NCBI GenBank assembly: GCA_963768235.1
Contig: CAVYHF010000016.1
Location: 7,718-71,717 of the forward strand
Direction of reading: 5' to 3'
Source: an uncultured Flavobacteriaceae bacterium
Lineage (GTDB): Bacteria > Bacteroidota > Bacteroidia > Flavobacteriales > Flavobacteriaceae
DNA: 64,000 nt
Each line of letters begins with the position of its first letter. The first letter of the stretch is position 1. Position numbers and translations under genes: made by a program. The notes below the pieces were generated by a model. It was given only the letters and a program-made list of their open reading frames with translations, was not told where the DNA came from and ran no database searches. This document shows, one piece after another, positions 29,612-40,319 of this stretch.

Positions 29612-30220
29612 TTATACCAATTTTTCATTGATGATAGAACGTACAATATCAACAGCTACCGTATTGTATTTATTGTTTGGAATAATGATATCAGCATATT
29701 CTTTGGTAGGTTCAATGAACTGATCATGCATCGGTTTTAAGATGGTCTGGTATTTTTTCAGTGTTTCATCAAGGTTCCAGCCGCGCTCATTCACATCTCT
29801 CTTTAATCGCCTTATTAATCGCTCATCTGAATCTGCATGTACATATATCTTAATATCGAACATATCACGGATTATTGGGTTGGTCATAATTAAAATACCT
29901 TCAACGATCATTACCTTTCTTGCATAGGTTTTTACCGTATCTCTAGTTCTATTACACTCAATAAAAGAATAGACAGGTTGTTGAATTGATTTTCCTGATT
30001 TTAATTCTTTCAAATGATTCTCTAACAATTCGAAATCGATGGATTTCGGATGATCAAAATTGGTTTCTTTCCTTTCAAGAAGTGTTAAGTGGGATAAGTC
30101 GTTGTAATAAGAGTCTTGCGAAATAACACCAACTTCTTCGGCTGGTAACTCATTGATTATTTGATTGACAACCGTGGTCTTTCCACAACCCGTTCCACCA
30201 GCAATCCCTATTATCAACAT
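29612..30220 (-). CDS. udk: uridine kinase
   Basis: P-loop GIAGGTGCGKTT, 202 aa, typical Udk blocks. Confidence 0.95.
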   Translation of the reverse strand: MLIIGIAGGTGCGKTTVVNQIINELPAEEVGVISQDSYYNDLSHLTLLERKETNFDHPKSIDFELLENHLKELKSGKSIQQPVYSFIECNRTRDTVKTYARKVMIVEGILIMTNPIIRDMFDIKIYVHADSDERLIRRLKRDVNERGWNLDETLKKYQTILKPMHDQFIEPTKEYADIIIPNNKYNTVAVDIVRSIINEKLV

Positions 30221-30262
30221 ACGTTTTTATTTTGGTTCAAAAATAATGATTTGGTGTGAATC

Positions 30263-30293
30263 CAACCTTTTTTGTACAATGTTCTTGTTGGTA
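30263..30293. promoter_or_regulatory. two copies of the palindrome TTGTACAA spaced 23 bp centre to centre
   Basis: TTGTACAAT...ATTGTACAA read directly. It lies in the udk / mce divergent spacer. Confidence 0.35.
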
Positions 30294-30537
30294 ATTGTAC
30301 AACTTCTTGTTCGATGATTGAATAAAAAGTATATTCACATTGCAACTATAAATATGAATGTGAAAATAACACATTTTAGACTTAGATTGTTATAAAAACC
30401 AATTCCTTTTCTTATTGGAATCATAAAATTTAGCCTTTAATATGGGGTATATATCGGACTATAACGATTGCGGTTTTCTATCGCATTTATGAAAAGTTTG
30501 TTTAGATGGCGTAGGAAGATTCAATTTTATAAAAATA

Positions 30538-30553
30538 TATGACATCTGTCATA
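30538..30553. promoter_or_regulatory. 16-bp perfect palindrome TATGACA-TC-TGTCATA, candidate operator of the mce-mmd operon
   Basis: Perfect 7-bp arms. It lies 22-37 bp upstream of the TAATTTTG -7 box, over the expected -33 region. Confidence 0.4.
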
Positions 30554-30574
30554 AATTCTAGGTCCACTTCGCCT

Positions 30575-30582
30575 TAATTTTG
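30575..30582 (+). promoter_or_regulatory. Bacteroidetes-type -7 promoter box (TAnnTTTG) for the mce operon
   Basis: TAATTTTG lies 76 nt upstream of the mce ATG. Confidence 0.5.
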
Positions 30583-30657
30583 CCCCGTAATTGTAAGGAA
30601 TAAAGAATCTGAGCCTAGATTGGTTATAAAAGATAAATAATTTAAAAACTAAAAAAA

Positions 30658-31065
30658 ATGAAAATTTCCCATATTGAACATATTGGTATTGCTGTTGATA
30701 ATTTGGAAGAATCAATCAAGTACTATGAAGGGGTGCTGGGATTAAAATGCTACGCTATTGAAGAGGTTGTTGATCAAAAAGTGAAAACAGCCTTTTTTTT
30801 GGTAGGATCCACAAAAATTGAATTATTGGAAAGCACCTCTCCTGAAGGACCTATTGGTAAATTTATTTCAAAAAAAGGACCAGGAATGCATCATATAGCA
30901 TTTGCGGTTAAGGACACTGATGAAGCATTGAAGACTGTTGAAGAACGCGGGGTAAGACTTATTGATAAAGTGTCTCGAAAAGGTGCTGAAGGATTGAATA
31001 TTGGATTCCTACATCCTAAATCGACCAATGGAGTTCTTACCGAATTATGTTCAAAAAAGGCTTAA
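30658..31065 (+). CDS. mce: methylmalonyl-CoA epimerase (VOC fold)
   Basis: 135-aa glyoxalase-fold protein with IEHIGIAV and MHHIAF metal ligand blocks. Context with mmd and mut genes. Confidence 0.9.
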   Translation: MKISHIEHIGIAVDNLEESIKYYEGVLGLKCYAIEEVVDQKVKTAFFLVGSTKIELLESTSPEGPIGKFISKKGPGMHHIAFAVKDTDEALKTVEERGVRLIDKVSRKGAEGLNIGFLHPKSTNGVLTELCSKKA

Positions 31066-31112
31066 AAAAATTAAGGAATAGTAATTAAGAAATAAGATAA
31101 CCCTATATAATA

Positions 31113-32672
31113 ATGGCAAATCAAGATAAAATCAATGAGCTCATTGAGAAAAGGGCCAAGGCAAAATTGGGTGGTGGCGAAAGACGTATTGACTCTCAAC
31201 ATGCAAAAGGAAAGTTAACAGCTCGTGAAAGGATAGATCTGTTGTTGGATGATGACAGTTTTGAAGAGTTTGATATGTTCGTTACCCATAGATCAAAATC
31301 ATTTGGTTTAGATAAACAAGTTTATCTCTCAGATGGTGTTATTACGGGGCATGGCACTATAGATGGTAGAATTGTTTACGTGTTTTCCCAAGATTTCACG
31401 GTGTTTGGAGGTTCTTTATCTGAGACCTATGCCCTGAAGATTTGTAAGATTATGGATATGGCGATGAAAATTGGTGTACCTGTAATCGGACTTAATGATA
31501 GTGGTGGAGCTCGTATTCAAGAAGGTGTGCGATCCTTGGCAGGTTATGCTGAAATTTTCCAAAGGAATATTATGGCATCAGGGGTTATTCCCCAAATCTC
31601 ATCCATTTTAGGGCCTTGTGCAGGGGGCGCGGTTTATTCCCCTGCTTTGACCGATTTTACGATTATGACCGATAAAACCAGTTATATGTTCGTAACAGGC
31701 CCAAAAGTAGTGCAAACGGTTACAGGGGAAGTGGTGACTGCCGAAGAGTTAGGTGGGGCGAACATACATTCCACAAAATCTGGGGTATCACATTTCTTGG
31801 CCGAAACCGATGAAGAAAACATATTACTGATTCGAAAGTTAATGAGTTATTTGCCCTCTAACAATTTAGAAGACCCTCCAGCTATTGTTTGCGATGATCC
31901 GATTGATAGGTTAGAGGATGCCTTGAATGATATTATTCCGGAAAACGCCAATCAGCCTTACGATATTGTTGATGTTATTTCAATAATAGTTGATAATGGT
32001 GAATTTACTGAGGTACATAGAAATTATGCCCGAAACATCACTGTAGGATTTGCACGGTTTAATGGGCGTTCTGTTGGTATAGTAGCCAATCAGCCTAAAT
32101 ATTATGCTGGTGTTCTAGATATCGAGGCATCAAGAAAAGCGGCACGTTTTGTTCGTTTTTGCGATGCCTTTAATATTCCTGTAGTGACGTTGGTAGATGT
32201 TCCTGGTTTCTTGCCCGGAACTGGACAAGAGTATGGTGGTATTATTCTTCACGGTGCAAAATTATTGTTCGCTTACGGAGAGGCTACAGTGCCAAAAGTC
32301 ACCATAACCTTGCGTAAATCATATGGCGGCGCCCATGACGTAATGAGTTGTAAACAATTACGTGGCGATTTAAACTATGCTTGGCCAACGGCTGAAATTG
32401 CCGTTATGGGTGCCAAGGGTGCAGTAGAAGTACTTGAAGGAAGCAATATTAGAAAGATAGAGGATTCCGATGAAAAAAGTAAGTATATTGAGAAAAAAGA
32501 GGACGAATATACCGCAAAATTCGCCAACCCTTATGTGGCGGCCAAATACGGGTTTATCGATGATGTCATAGAACCTCGAAATACGCGATTCAGAATCATT
32601 AGGGCTTTAGAACTACTTAGTAATAAGAAAGAGGTAAACCCTCCTAAAAAACACTCAAACATCCCATTATGA
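31113..32672 (+). CDS. mmdA: methylmalonyl-CoA decarboxylase alpha subunit (carboxyltransferase)
   Basis: 519-aa acyl-CoA carboxyltransferase ([24 protein letters not shown]). It is followed by the OadG-like, biotin carrier and Na+ pump beta subunits. Confidence 0.85.
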   Translation: MANQDKINELIEKRAKAKLGGGERRIDSQHAKGKLTARERIDLLLDDDSFEEFDMFVTHRSKSFGLDKQVYLSDGVITGHGTIDGRIVYVFSQDFTVFGGSLSETYALKICKIMDMAMKIGVPVIGLNDSGGARIQEGVRSLAGYAEIFQRNIMASGVIPQISSILGPCAGGAVYSPALTDFTIMTDKTSYMFVTGPKVVQTVTGEVVTAEELGGANIHSTKSGVSHFLAETDEENILLIRKLMSYLPSNNLEDPPAIVCDDPIDRLEDALNDIIPENANQPYDIVDVISIIVDNGEFTEVHRNYARNITVGFARFNGRSVGIVANQPKYYAGVLDIEASRKAARFVRFCDAFNIPVVTLVDVPGFLPGTGQEYGGIILHGAKLLFAYGEATVPKVTITLRKSYGGAHDVMSCKQLRGDLNYAWPTAEIAVMGAKGAVEVLEGSNIRKIEDSDEKSKYIEKKEDEYTAKFANPYVAAKYGFIDDVIEPRNTRFRIIRALELLSNKKEVNPPKKHSNIPL

Positions 32673-33034
32673 TGCTATTGAACATGAGTTTGCAAATGGA
32701 TCAGGTTAGTGAAGGATATGTTATTTTACTGTCCGGACTATTAATCGTTTTTAGTGCCTTATTGATCCTTTCCCTTTTCTTTAAGTTTGGGTTACCTCTT
32801 ATGCTATATATCTATAGGATAATAACAAAAGGTAGGGACAAGAAAATCAAGGATATTCCAATAAATGCAGATGAAAATTTTACAGGTGAAGTTGCGGCAG
32901 TGATATCATCGGCTATTCATTTATATCTAAATGAGCAACATGATGCTGAAAACGCCGTACTGACCATAAAGCAGGCCAGAAAATTATATTCTCCATGGAG
33001 TTCAAAAATATATGGTACTCATCATAGACTTTAA
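32669..33034 (+). CDS. OadG-like small membrane subunit of Na+-translocating decarboxylase
   Basis: 121-aa ORF with one N-terminal TM helix. Position and ATGA overlap with mmdA match the delta/gamma subunit. Confidence 0.65.
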   Translation: MMLLNMSLQMDQVSEGYVILLSGLLIVFSALLILSLFFKFGLPLMLYIYRIITKGRDKKIKDIPINADENFTGEVAAVISSAIHLYLNEQHDAENAVLTIKQARKLYSPWSSKIYGTHHRL

Positions 33035-33095
33035 ACATTATTACACGTTCGGGGAATTTTCAAGATAAACGCAGGAACAAGAAACAATACCAACA

Positions 33096-33515
33096 ATGAA
33101 AAACTTTAAATTCAAGATACAGGATAACAATTACAATGTTAAAATTCTTTCGCATGAAGGCAATAAGATTGAGTTGGAAGTAAACGGAACATCCTATTCT
33201 GTTAAAATGAAGGAGGAAATCAAAAAAACCAAAACGCCAACATTGGTGCGTGCAGCCTCTAAAAGACCTTCCGAGCCATTAAAGGTAAACCCTAGCTCTT
33301 CAAAAACGAAAATAGTAGCCCCTATTCCAGGTGTAGTTTTATCCCTAGATGTAAAAGTGGGTGACACGATTAAGGTAGGGGACAGGTTGTTGGTGCTTGA
33401 GGCTATGAAAATGGAAAACAATATCGTTTCAGAAAAAGAAGGTACAATTACTGCCGTCAACGTCAGCGTTGGCCAACAAGTATTACAAAACGAAACAATG
33501 ATAGAATTAGAATAG
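33096..33515 (+). CDS. biotin carboxyl carrier subunit of the decarboxylase
   Basis: C-terminal biotinyl domain with an EAMKMEN biotinylation motif. 139 aa. Confidence 0.85.
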   Translation: MKNFKFKIQDNNYNVKILSHEGNKIELEVNGTSYSVKMKEEIKKTKTPTLVRAASKRPSEPLKVNPSSSKTKIVAPIPGVVLSLDVKVGDTIKVGDRLLVLEAMKMENNIVSEKEGTITAVNVSVGQQVLQNETMIELE

Positions 33516-33524
33516 AAATTTCGC

Positions 33525-33570
33525 AGTTGTTTGCGATGACATTGCTACTATGTTAAAACGCAAACCAACT
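33525..33570 (+). other. intra-operon RNA hairpin between biotin carrier and beta subunit genes
   Basis: AGTTGTTTGCG ... CGCAAACCAACT forms an 11-12 bp stem with one bulge and a 23-nt loop. No U-tract follows. Confidence 0.35.
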
Positions 33571-33585
33571 CGTAAAAATTAAATA

Positions 33586-34908
33586 ATGAAGAAAATATTA
33601 ATAATATTCGGAGTTCTATCACTACTCATTTTTATACGGCCTGTACTCGGTTTTAACAGTGATTCAAATCCTAAAGATAATATTGCATCGTTATCTACCG
33701 AACAAGTTGATAGCCAGGAAGATGGTATATATAAAAACGCATTTCATGGAATACAGCAGTTTTATAACTATACTGGTTTTGCAAACGCAACATGGGGACA
33801 TATACTGATGATTTTAATAGGACTCATATTTATATACCTCGGTATTAAGTTTGATTATGAACCGCTCTTATTGATTCCCATAGGTGTAGGTGTAATTATA
33901 GGGAACATACCTTTCGTAGCCGGAAACCAAACTGGTATCTATGAAACAGGTTCTGTATTGAACTATCTTTATTTTGGTGTGGTAAAAGGGGTTTATCCTC
34001 CTTTGATTTTTTTAGGCATTGGCGCAATGACCGATTTCTCATCGTTAATTGCCAATCCTAAATTAATGCTGTTGGGTGCCGCAGCGCAGATTGGTGTATT
34101 TGCCACATTTTTAGGAGCACTTTATTTGGGTTTCAATCTTCCAGAGGCTGGTGCTATTGGGATAATTGGTGGTGCAGATGGCCCCACAGCGATATTTCTA
34201 TCTTCTAAACTTGCGAATGGTATTAATATTCTCCCAGATGGGACAACGGTCAAAAACCTCATTGGACCTATTGCTATTGCTGCATATTCGTATATGGCAT
34301 TGGTGCCTGTTATTCAGCCGCCAATAATGCGATTATTGGTATCCAAGGAGGACAGGAAAATTAGAATGAAACCCCCAAGGGCCGTTTCCCAAAAGGAAAA
34401 AATGATTTTCCCAATTGTGGCATTATTATTAACAACATTCATATCGCCAAGTGCCTTGCCATTATTGGGTATGTTGTTCTTTGGTAACCTTTTGAAGGAA
34501 TCGGGAAGAACAGAACGACTTGCAGATACAGCCCGAACCAAACTTATTGATATTGTAACCATTCTTTTAGGGGTAACTGTTGGAGCATCTACGCAAGCAG
34601 ATATTTTCATCACAAGGGATTCAATGATGATATTCGGTCTTGGTGCCATATCATTTGTCATTGCGACGATGGGCGGCTTGCTTTTTGCCAAGTTCATGAA
34701 TTTGTTCCTTAAGGGTGAAAATAAAATCAATCCTTTGATTGGTGCTTCCGGGGTGTCCGCGGTACCAGATAGTGCAAGAGTCGTTCATGCTGAAGCACTA
34801 AAATCTGACCCTAATAATTATTTACTAATGCATGCCATGGCACCAAACGTATCGGGCGTAATTGGTTCTGCGATTGCAGCAGGTATCTTATTGAGTTTTT
34901 TAGGATAA
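33586..34908 (+). CDS. sodium ion-translocating decarboxylase beta subunit
   Basis: 440-aa polytopic protein with OadB/MmdB/GcdB-like blocks (GADGPTAIF, GASGVSAVP, MHAMAPNVSGVIGSA). Confidence 0.9.
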   Translation: MKKILIIFGVLSLLIFIRPVLGFNSDSNPKDNIASLSTEQVDSQEDGIYKNAFHGIQQFYNYTGFANATWGHILMILIGLIFIYLGIKFDYEPLLLIPIGVGVIIGNIPFVAGNQTGIYETGSVLNYLYFGVVKGVYPPLIFLGIGAMTDFSSLIANPKLMLLGAAAQIGVFATFLGALYLGFNLPEAGAIGIIGGADGPTAIFLSSKLANGINILPDGTTVKNLIGPIAIAAYSYMALVPVIQPPIMRLLVSKEDRKIRMKPPRAVSQKEKMIFPIVALLLTTFISPSALPLLGMLFFGNLLKESGRTERLADTARTKLIDIVTILLGVTVGASTQADIFITRDSMMIFGLGAISFVIATMGGLLFAKFMNLFLKGENKINPLIGASGVSAVPDSARVVHAEALKSDPNNYLLMHAMAPNVSGVIGSAIAAGILLSFLG

Positions 34909-34956
34909 ATAGTCGTTCAATGATTGGATATATAGATATATAAAATTTTAGAAAAA

Positions 34957-36246
34957 ATGAAAATTCCAAATTTAATGACAGCCGAAGATGCTGTTAAATT
35001 AATAAAATCAGGAAATAGAGTACTGATTCAAGGTGGATCTGCAACTCCTCAAACGTTAGTAAGGGCAATGGTTGACAGAGCACCTGAATTAAGGGGTGTT
35101 GAAATTGTACACCTTCATACAGAAGGGGAGTGCGGATATATCGCACCTGAATTAAGGGAAAGTTTTAAGACAAACGCCTTTTTTATTGGTGGAAATATTA
35201 GAAGAATGATTGGTAATACGGCCGATTATATTCCAATTTTTTTAAGCGATATCCCAAGTCTTTTCCGCCAAGGATACATGAATCTTGATATTGTTCTTGT
35301 TAACGTTTCACCTCCTGATAAACATGGTTTCTGTTCATTAGGCGTGTCAGTCGATATTGTTATAGCTGCCATTGAGCAAGGTAAAAAAGTAATAGCTCAA
35401 ATCAATCCACGTATGCCAAGGACCTTTGGCGATGCTTTGGTACATTTAAGAAACTTTGATGCCTGTGTGGAAGTAGTTGAGGAAATTCACGAAATGAAAT
35501 TGGCAGCACCGACCAAAGAAGAAGTTTTAATAGGAAAAAATATTGCTGGGATTATTGAAGATGGCGCAACGCTACAAATGGGTATTGGGGGTATTCCTAA
35601 TGCTGTTTTGAGCTTTTTGACCAATCATAAGGATCTGGGAGTGCATACTGAAATGTTCTCTGAAGGCATTGTTGATCTTGTAGAAAAAAATATCGTTAAT
35701 GGTTCACAGAAAAAATTGAATCCTTATAAAATTGTATCAGGTTTTGCTATGGGTTCAAGACGCTTGTATGATTTTATGGATGACAATCCCGAGATTGAAA
35801 TGAAAGATATCGCCTATGTAAACGATACCGCTGTTATTCGCCAAAACCCAAAAGTAACCGCCATTAATTCGGCCATAGAAATAGATTTCACCGGCCAGGT
35901 TTGTGCCGATTCAATCGGTACAAGAATGTTTTCTGGAGTGGGTGGTCAAATGGACTTTATGCGTGGTGCAGCTTTATCGCCTGGTGGTAAACCGATTATC
36001 GCAATTACTTCCTCAACGGCTAAAGGAGTATCCAAGATTGTTCCCATGTTACAGCAAGGTGCAGGAGTGGTAACAACACGTGCACATGCCAGATATGTGG
36101 CTACCGAATACGGCATTGCTGAGTTGTTTGGAAGAAACTTGAAACAACGCGCGCAATCATTAAGAGACATTGCACATCCTGATCATAGGGAAGAATTGGA
36201 CAAAGCTATTTTTGAAAGATTCGATAGTAGCTTAATGGTTCATTAA
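34957..36246 (+). CDS. acetyl-CoA hydrolase/transferase family CoA-transferase (4-hydroxybutyrate CoA-transferase-like size)
   Basis: 429-aa ORF with GIGGIPNAV, HTEMFSEG and GVGGQMDF blocks. It sits between the mmd and mut genes. Confidence 0.85.
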   Translation: MKIPNLMTAEDAVKLIKSGNRVLIQGGSATPQTLVRAMVDRAPELRGVEIVHLHTEGECGYIAPELRESFKTNAFFIGGNIRRMIGNTADYIPIFLSDIPSLFRQGYMNLDIVLVNVSPPDKHGFCSLGVSVDIVIAAIEQGKKVIAQINPRMPRTFGDALVHLRNFDACVEVVEEIHEMKLAAPTKEEVLIGKNIAGIIEDGATLQMGIGGIPNAVLSFLTNHKDLGVHTEMFSEGIVDLVEKNIVNGSQKKLNPYKIVSGFAMGSRRLYDFMDDNPEIEMKDIAYVNDTAVIRQNPKVTAINSAIEIDFTGQVCADSIGTRMFSGVGGQMDFMRGAALSPGGKPIIAITSSTAKGVSKIVPMLQQGAGVVTTRAHARYVATEYGIAELFGRNLKQRAQSLRDIAHPDHREELDKAIFERFDSSLMVH

Positions 36247-36301
36247 CTTTGTCATAATTTACAACAAGCAAACAAGTACATCACAATTAATAGTGCATAT
36301 T

Positions 36302-38119
36302 ATGAACGAAAAGAATAAATCACTTTTTTCAGAATTCAATCCTGTTACTAAACAAGAATGGATGGAAAAAGTGTGCATTGATCTTAAAGGTGCTGATTTT
36401 GACAAAAAACTGGTTTGGAAAAACTTGAGTAAAATCAAAATTCAACCTTTTTATAATGCGGAGGACAAACAGGACTATATTAAGAACACAGGTGAAAACT
36501 CGCAATCTTTGATCAACTATAGGGGTATAGCAGTGAGTTCTGCAGAGAGTGGAAATAAGCTTGCTTTAAAAGCTATTGAAGAGGGAATCAATGGTTTACT
36601 TTTTACGGTTGATAAGCGTATTTCAGTTGCTGATCTTTTGAAAGGTATAGATTTAAACAAAATAGCCGTTTCATTCATTTTAAGAACGAACGCTATTGAA
36701 TTCGTTTCTGACTTTTTTGAATTAGTAAAAGGGCAGAACATTGCAACTGATAATCTAAAAGGATTCATTGATTTAGAAATCATGTCCGATTATCTGACCC
36801 AAGGAAACTTGGAAGAAAATCAATTTGATACCACAACAGAACTTGTAAAGCTAGCAGCGGATTATCCAAATTTTAAGATGCTTACCATTTCAGGTAATGA
36901 ATATTTGGATTCAGGCGCTAACCAAGCACAAGAGGTGGCTTATACATTAAGTTCACTGGTTTTCTTAATTGAAAAACTTAAGGAAAGAGGAATTTCCGAA
37001 CAAGAAATTTTTGATAATCTGAATTTCAAATTGGCCATTGGTTCAGAGTATTTTGTTGAAATTGGAAAATTCAGGGCTTTTAACAGTTTGCTAGCGGAAG
37101 TTGCTGGTAAATATGGCATAACTGAATATATACATACAATAATTGCCAAAACTTCTATTTGGAGCAAATCTGTTACTGATCCACATACCAATTTATTGCG
37201 TGCAACAACCGAGGCCATGTCTGCTATTTTAGGTAATGTCGATGCTGTTTTAATTGATGCATACGATAAGGAGTTTAGTGATGCTTCAGATTTTTCAAGT
37301 AGAATAGCCGGCAATATTTCAACCATTTTAAAAGAAGAATCTTATTTAGGTAAAGTTGCCAATCCCGTAGATGGTTCTTATTACATAGAAGAGGTTAGTG
37401 CTAAAATTGCCACCAAAGCATTGGAACTATTCAAGGCCATTGAAGAAAATGGCGGATTCTACAAATCATTTGAAAATGAATTGATCCAACAGCAAATTGC
37501 TGAAATCCGTCAGGAAAAAATCAAATTGATAAGTCAAAGAAGGCTTCCAATGGTTGGGGTTAATAAGTATCCAAATCTTATGGAAACGGTCAATTCTAAC
37601 ATCCTTTCGGCGGGTGAAAAAAATAATTTCAAAGTTTTAACACCAAGAAGGGCTTCGTTGGAAATTGAAGCAATAAGAAAAACAACAGAAGAACTCGTAG
37701 CTAAAACCAACAGGCGTCCAGTAGTGGAATTGACCAGTTTTGGTAACCTGACCATGAGAAAAGCAAGGGCAGCCTTTGCATATGACTTTATCGGTGTTAG
37801 TGGTTTTACTGTATTGCAAGAACAGAGTTATTCATCGGCCCAGGAAGCTGCAGAACAAAGTGCCAAGTCAGACTCAAGTGTAGTGGTGATTTGTAGTTCT
37901 GATCAAGATTATGAGGAGAGCGCAGTAGCATTTGTAAAAGCATTTAGATCATTGAATAGCGAAAAAGTACTATTACTGGCTGGTAATCCAACAAATATAA
38001 TTAGTGAATTGACTGATGCAGGTCTTGATGGTTTTGTAAATATTAAATCAGATGTAATCATAACTATATCAAGCATACAGAATAAAATTCAGAGAACAAC
38101 AAAATCCTTAGAAGTATGA
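36302..38119 (+). CDS. mutA: methylmalonyl-CoA mutase small (beta) subunit
   Basis: About 605 aa, MCM barrel plus a C-terminal Rossmann-like domain lacking DxHxxG. ATGA overlap with mutB. The ORF is open from a GTG at 36293. Confidence 0.85.
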   Translation: MNEKNKSLFSEFNPVTKQEWMEKVCIDLKGADFDKKLVWKNLSKIKIQPFYNAEDKQDYIKNTGENSQSLINYRGIAVSSAESGNKLALKAIEEGINGLLFTVDKRISVADLLKGIDLNKIAVSFILRTNAIEFVSDFFELVKGQNIATDNLKGFIDLEIMSDYLTQGNLEENQFDTTTELVKLAADYPNFKMLTISGNEYLDSGANQAQEVAYTLSSLVFLIEKLKERGISEQEIFDNLNFKLAIGSEYFVEIGKFRAFNSLLAEVAGKYGITEYIHTIIAKTSIWSKSVTDPHTNLLRATTEAMSAILGNVDAVLIDAYDKEFSDASDFSSRIAGNISTILKEESYLGKVANPVDGSYYIEEVSAKIATKALELFKAIEENGGFYKSFENELIQQQIAEIRQEKIKLISQRRLPMVGVNKYPNLMETVNSNILSAGEKNNFKVLTPRRASLEIEAIRKTTEELVAKTNRRPVVELTSFGNLTMRKARAAFAYDFIGVSGFTVLQEQSYSSAQEAAEQSAKSDSSVVVICSSDQDYEESAVAFVKAFRSLNSEKVLLLAGNPTNIISELTDAGLDGFVNIKSDVIITISSIQNKIQRTTKSLEV

Positions 38120-40248
38120 GACCCGATTTTTCAGATTTAACGTTAAATAAAACAGCTCCAAAAAAAGCTGATGCTTCAGGGAACACTGATGTTTGGAATA
38201 CACCTGAAGGAATCCCGGTAAAAAAACATTTTACAAAAGAAGATATTAAGGATGCCGAGCATTTGAACTTTGCGGCTGGTGTCCCTCCATTTTTAAGAGG
38301 GCCATACAGTACAATGTATGTAACCCGTCCCTGGACGATTCGCCAGTATGCTGGATTTTCAACTGCGGAGGAATCAAACGCGTTCTACAGAAGAAATTTG
38401 GCCGCAGGGCAAAAAGGACTTTCTGTTGCTTTTGATTTGGCAACACATAGAGGATACGATTCAGATCACCCTCGTGTAACTGGTGATGTAGGTAAAGCAG
38501 GAGTGGCGATTGACTCTATCTTGGACATGGAAATATTATTCGACCAGATTCCGTTGGATAAAATGTCTGTTTCCATGACCATGAATGGTGCTGTATTACC
38601 TATTATGGCTTTTTATATCGCTGCGGCGAAGAAACAAGGTGTTTCTTTAGATCATTTGAGTGGAACGATTCAAAATGATATTTTGAAAGAGTTTATGGTG
38701 CGTAATACGTATATCTATCCACCATTGCCTTCTATGAAAATTATCGGGGATATTTTTGAGTATACTACCCAGAATATGCCAAAGTTTAATTCAATTTCCA
38801 TTAGCGGTTATCATATGCAGGAAGCAGGTGCAACCGCCGATATTGAATTGGCTTATACGCTTGCCGATGGAATGGAATATATTAGAACTGGATTAAAATC
38901 AGGTTTGAAGATTGATGAATTCGCTCCAAGATTGTCCTTTTTCTGGGCTGTAGGAATGAATCATTTTATGGAAATCGCTAAAATGCGTGCAGCGCGAATG
39001 CTTTGGGCAAAAATCATAAAGCAATTCAATCCTAAAAATCCAAAATCAATGGCATTGCGTACGCATAGTCAAACTTCAGGATGGAGTTTGAGCGAGCAAG
39101 ATCCTTTCAACAATGTGGCCCGTACTTGCATAGAGGCAATGGCTGCGGGTTTGGGCGGAACACAATCTTTGCATACCAATGCATTGGATGAAGCGATTGC
39201 ATTGCCAACGGACTTCTCTGCTAGGATTGCCCGTAATACGCAGATATATATTCAAGATGAAACACAGATAACTCGAGCGGTTGACCCTTGGGCAGGTTCG
39301 TATTATGTGGAATACTTAACGCAGGAAATCGCCAAAAAAGCATGGGCACTTATTGAAGAAGTTGAAGAGCTTGGTGGAATGGCCAAAGCAATTGAAACTG
39401 GAGTTCCTAAAATGCGTATTGAAGAAGCTTCTGCCAGGAAACAGGCCCGATTGGATTCAGGTCAAGATATCTTAGTTGGTGTGAACAAATTCAAAACAAA
39501 GGAAAAATCAAATATCGAAATACTTGAAGTTGATAATACTGTTGTTCGTGATTCCCAAATTGAGCGTTTGAAAAAACTAAAGGCAAATAGAGATCAAGCG
39601 ATTGTTGATGCAAATCTTTCAGCCCTTTCAAAATGCGCTGAAACCGGTAAAGGCAATTTATTGGAATTAGCGGTAGAAGCTGCTGAAAATTTTGCTACTT
39701 TGGGTGAAATTTCAGATGCTTTGGAAGTCCATTTTGGACGTCATAAAGCGGATACTAAATTAATAAGTGGCGTGTACAGTAAAGAAGTAGATAACGATAG
39801 CACTTTTGCAAAAGCACAAAAACTGGCTGATAAATTTGCTGAGACGGAAGGTCGCCGCCCGCGGGTAATGATCGCTAAAATGGGTCAAGATGGGCACGAT
39901 AGGGGAGCTAAGGTAGTAGCTTCCAGTTTTGCCGATTTAGGTTTTGATGTAGATATGGGCTCTCTATTCCAAACACCTGAGGAAGTTGCAAAACAAGCCA
40001 TAGAAAATGATGTACATTTTGTAGGAGCCTCTAGTTTAGCCGCGGGCCATAAAACATTGATCCCACAATTGATAGGGGAGTTGGAAAAACTTGGAAGACC
40101 TGATATTATGGTGTTTGCTGGTGGTGTAATCCCGGAACAGGATTATGACTATTTATTGGAAAGAAAGGTAGCTGCCATTTTTGGACCTGGATCTGTAATC
40201 TCCGAATCGGCAATTACGATTATGGAGAAATATTTGGAACAAGTATAA
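38116..40248 (+). CDS. scpA: methylmalonyl-CoA mutase large (alpha) subunit
   Basis: [30 protein letters not shown] and the B12-binding motif [10 protein letters not shown]. 710 aa. Confidence 0.95.
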   Translation: MRPDFSDLTLNKTAPKKADASGNTDVWNTPEGIPVKKHFTKEDIKDAEHLNFAAGVPPFLRGPYSTMYVTRPWTIRQYAGFSTAEESNAFYRRNLAAGQKGLSVAFDLATHRGYDSDHPRVTGDVGKAGVAIDSILDMEILFDQIPLDKMSVSMTMNGAVLPIMAFYIAAAKKQGVSLDHLSGTIQNDILKEFMVRNTYIYPPLPSMKIIGDIFEYTTQNMPKFNSISISGYHMQEAGATADIELAYTLADGMEYIRTGLKSGLKIDEFAPRLSFFWAVGMNHFMEIAKMRAARMLWAKIIKQFNPKNPKSMALRTHSQTSGWSLSEQDPFNNVARTCIEAMAAGLGGTQSLHTNALDEAIALPTDFSARIARNTQIYIQDETQITRAVDPWAGSYYVEYLTQEIAKKAWALIEEVEELGGMAKAIETGVPKMRIEEASARKQARLDSGQDILVGVNKFKTKEKSNIEILEVDNTVVRDSQIERLKKLKANRDQAIVDANLSALSKCAETGKGNLLELAVEAAENFATLGEISDALEVHFGRHKADTKLISGVYSKEVDNDSTFAKAQKLADKFAETEGRRPRVMIAKMGQDGHDRGAKVVASSFADLGFDVDMGSLFQTPEEVAKQAIENDVHFVGASSLAAGHKTLIPQLIGELEKLGRPDIMVFAGGVIPEQDYDYLLERKVAAIFGPGSVISESAITIMEKYLEQV

Positions 40249-40273
40249 TTACCAACTGCAAATATTTATGAAA

Positions 40274-40306
40274 AGAGGATGGGAATTGTTTTCATCCTCT
40301 TTTTTT
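40274..40306 (+). terminator. intrinsic terminator after mutB
   Basis: Perfect 8-bp stem AGAGGATG / CATCCTCT with an 11-nt loop, followed by TTTTTT. Confidence 0.8.
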
Positions 40307-40319
40307 GATGTAATAAAAC

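Noticed and set aside
36247-36301. Cobalamin riboswitch upstream of the mutase genes, the mce operon or meaB.
   Set aside because: No B12-box-like sequence or suitably long structured leader was seen in 30221-30657, 36247-36301 or 42462-42890. A covariance-model scan would be needed to be certain.
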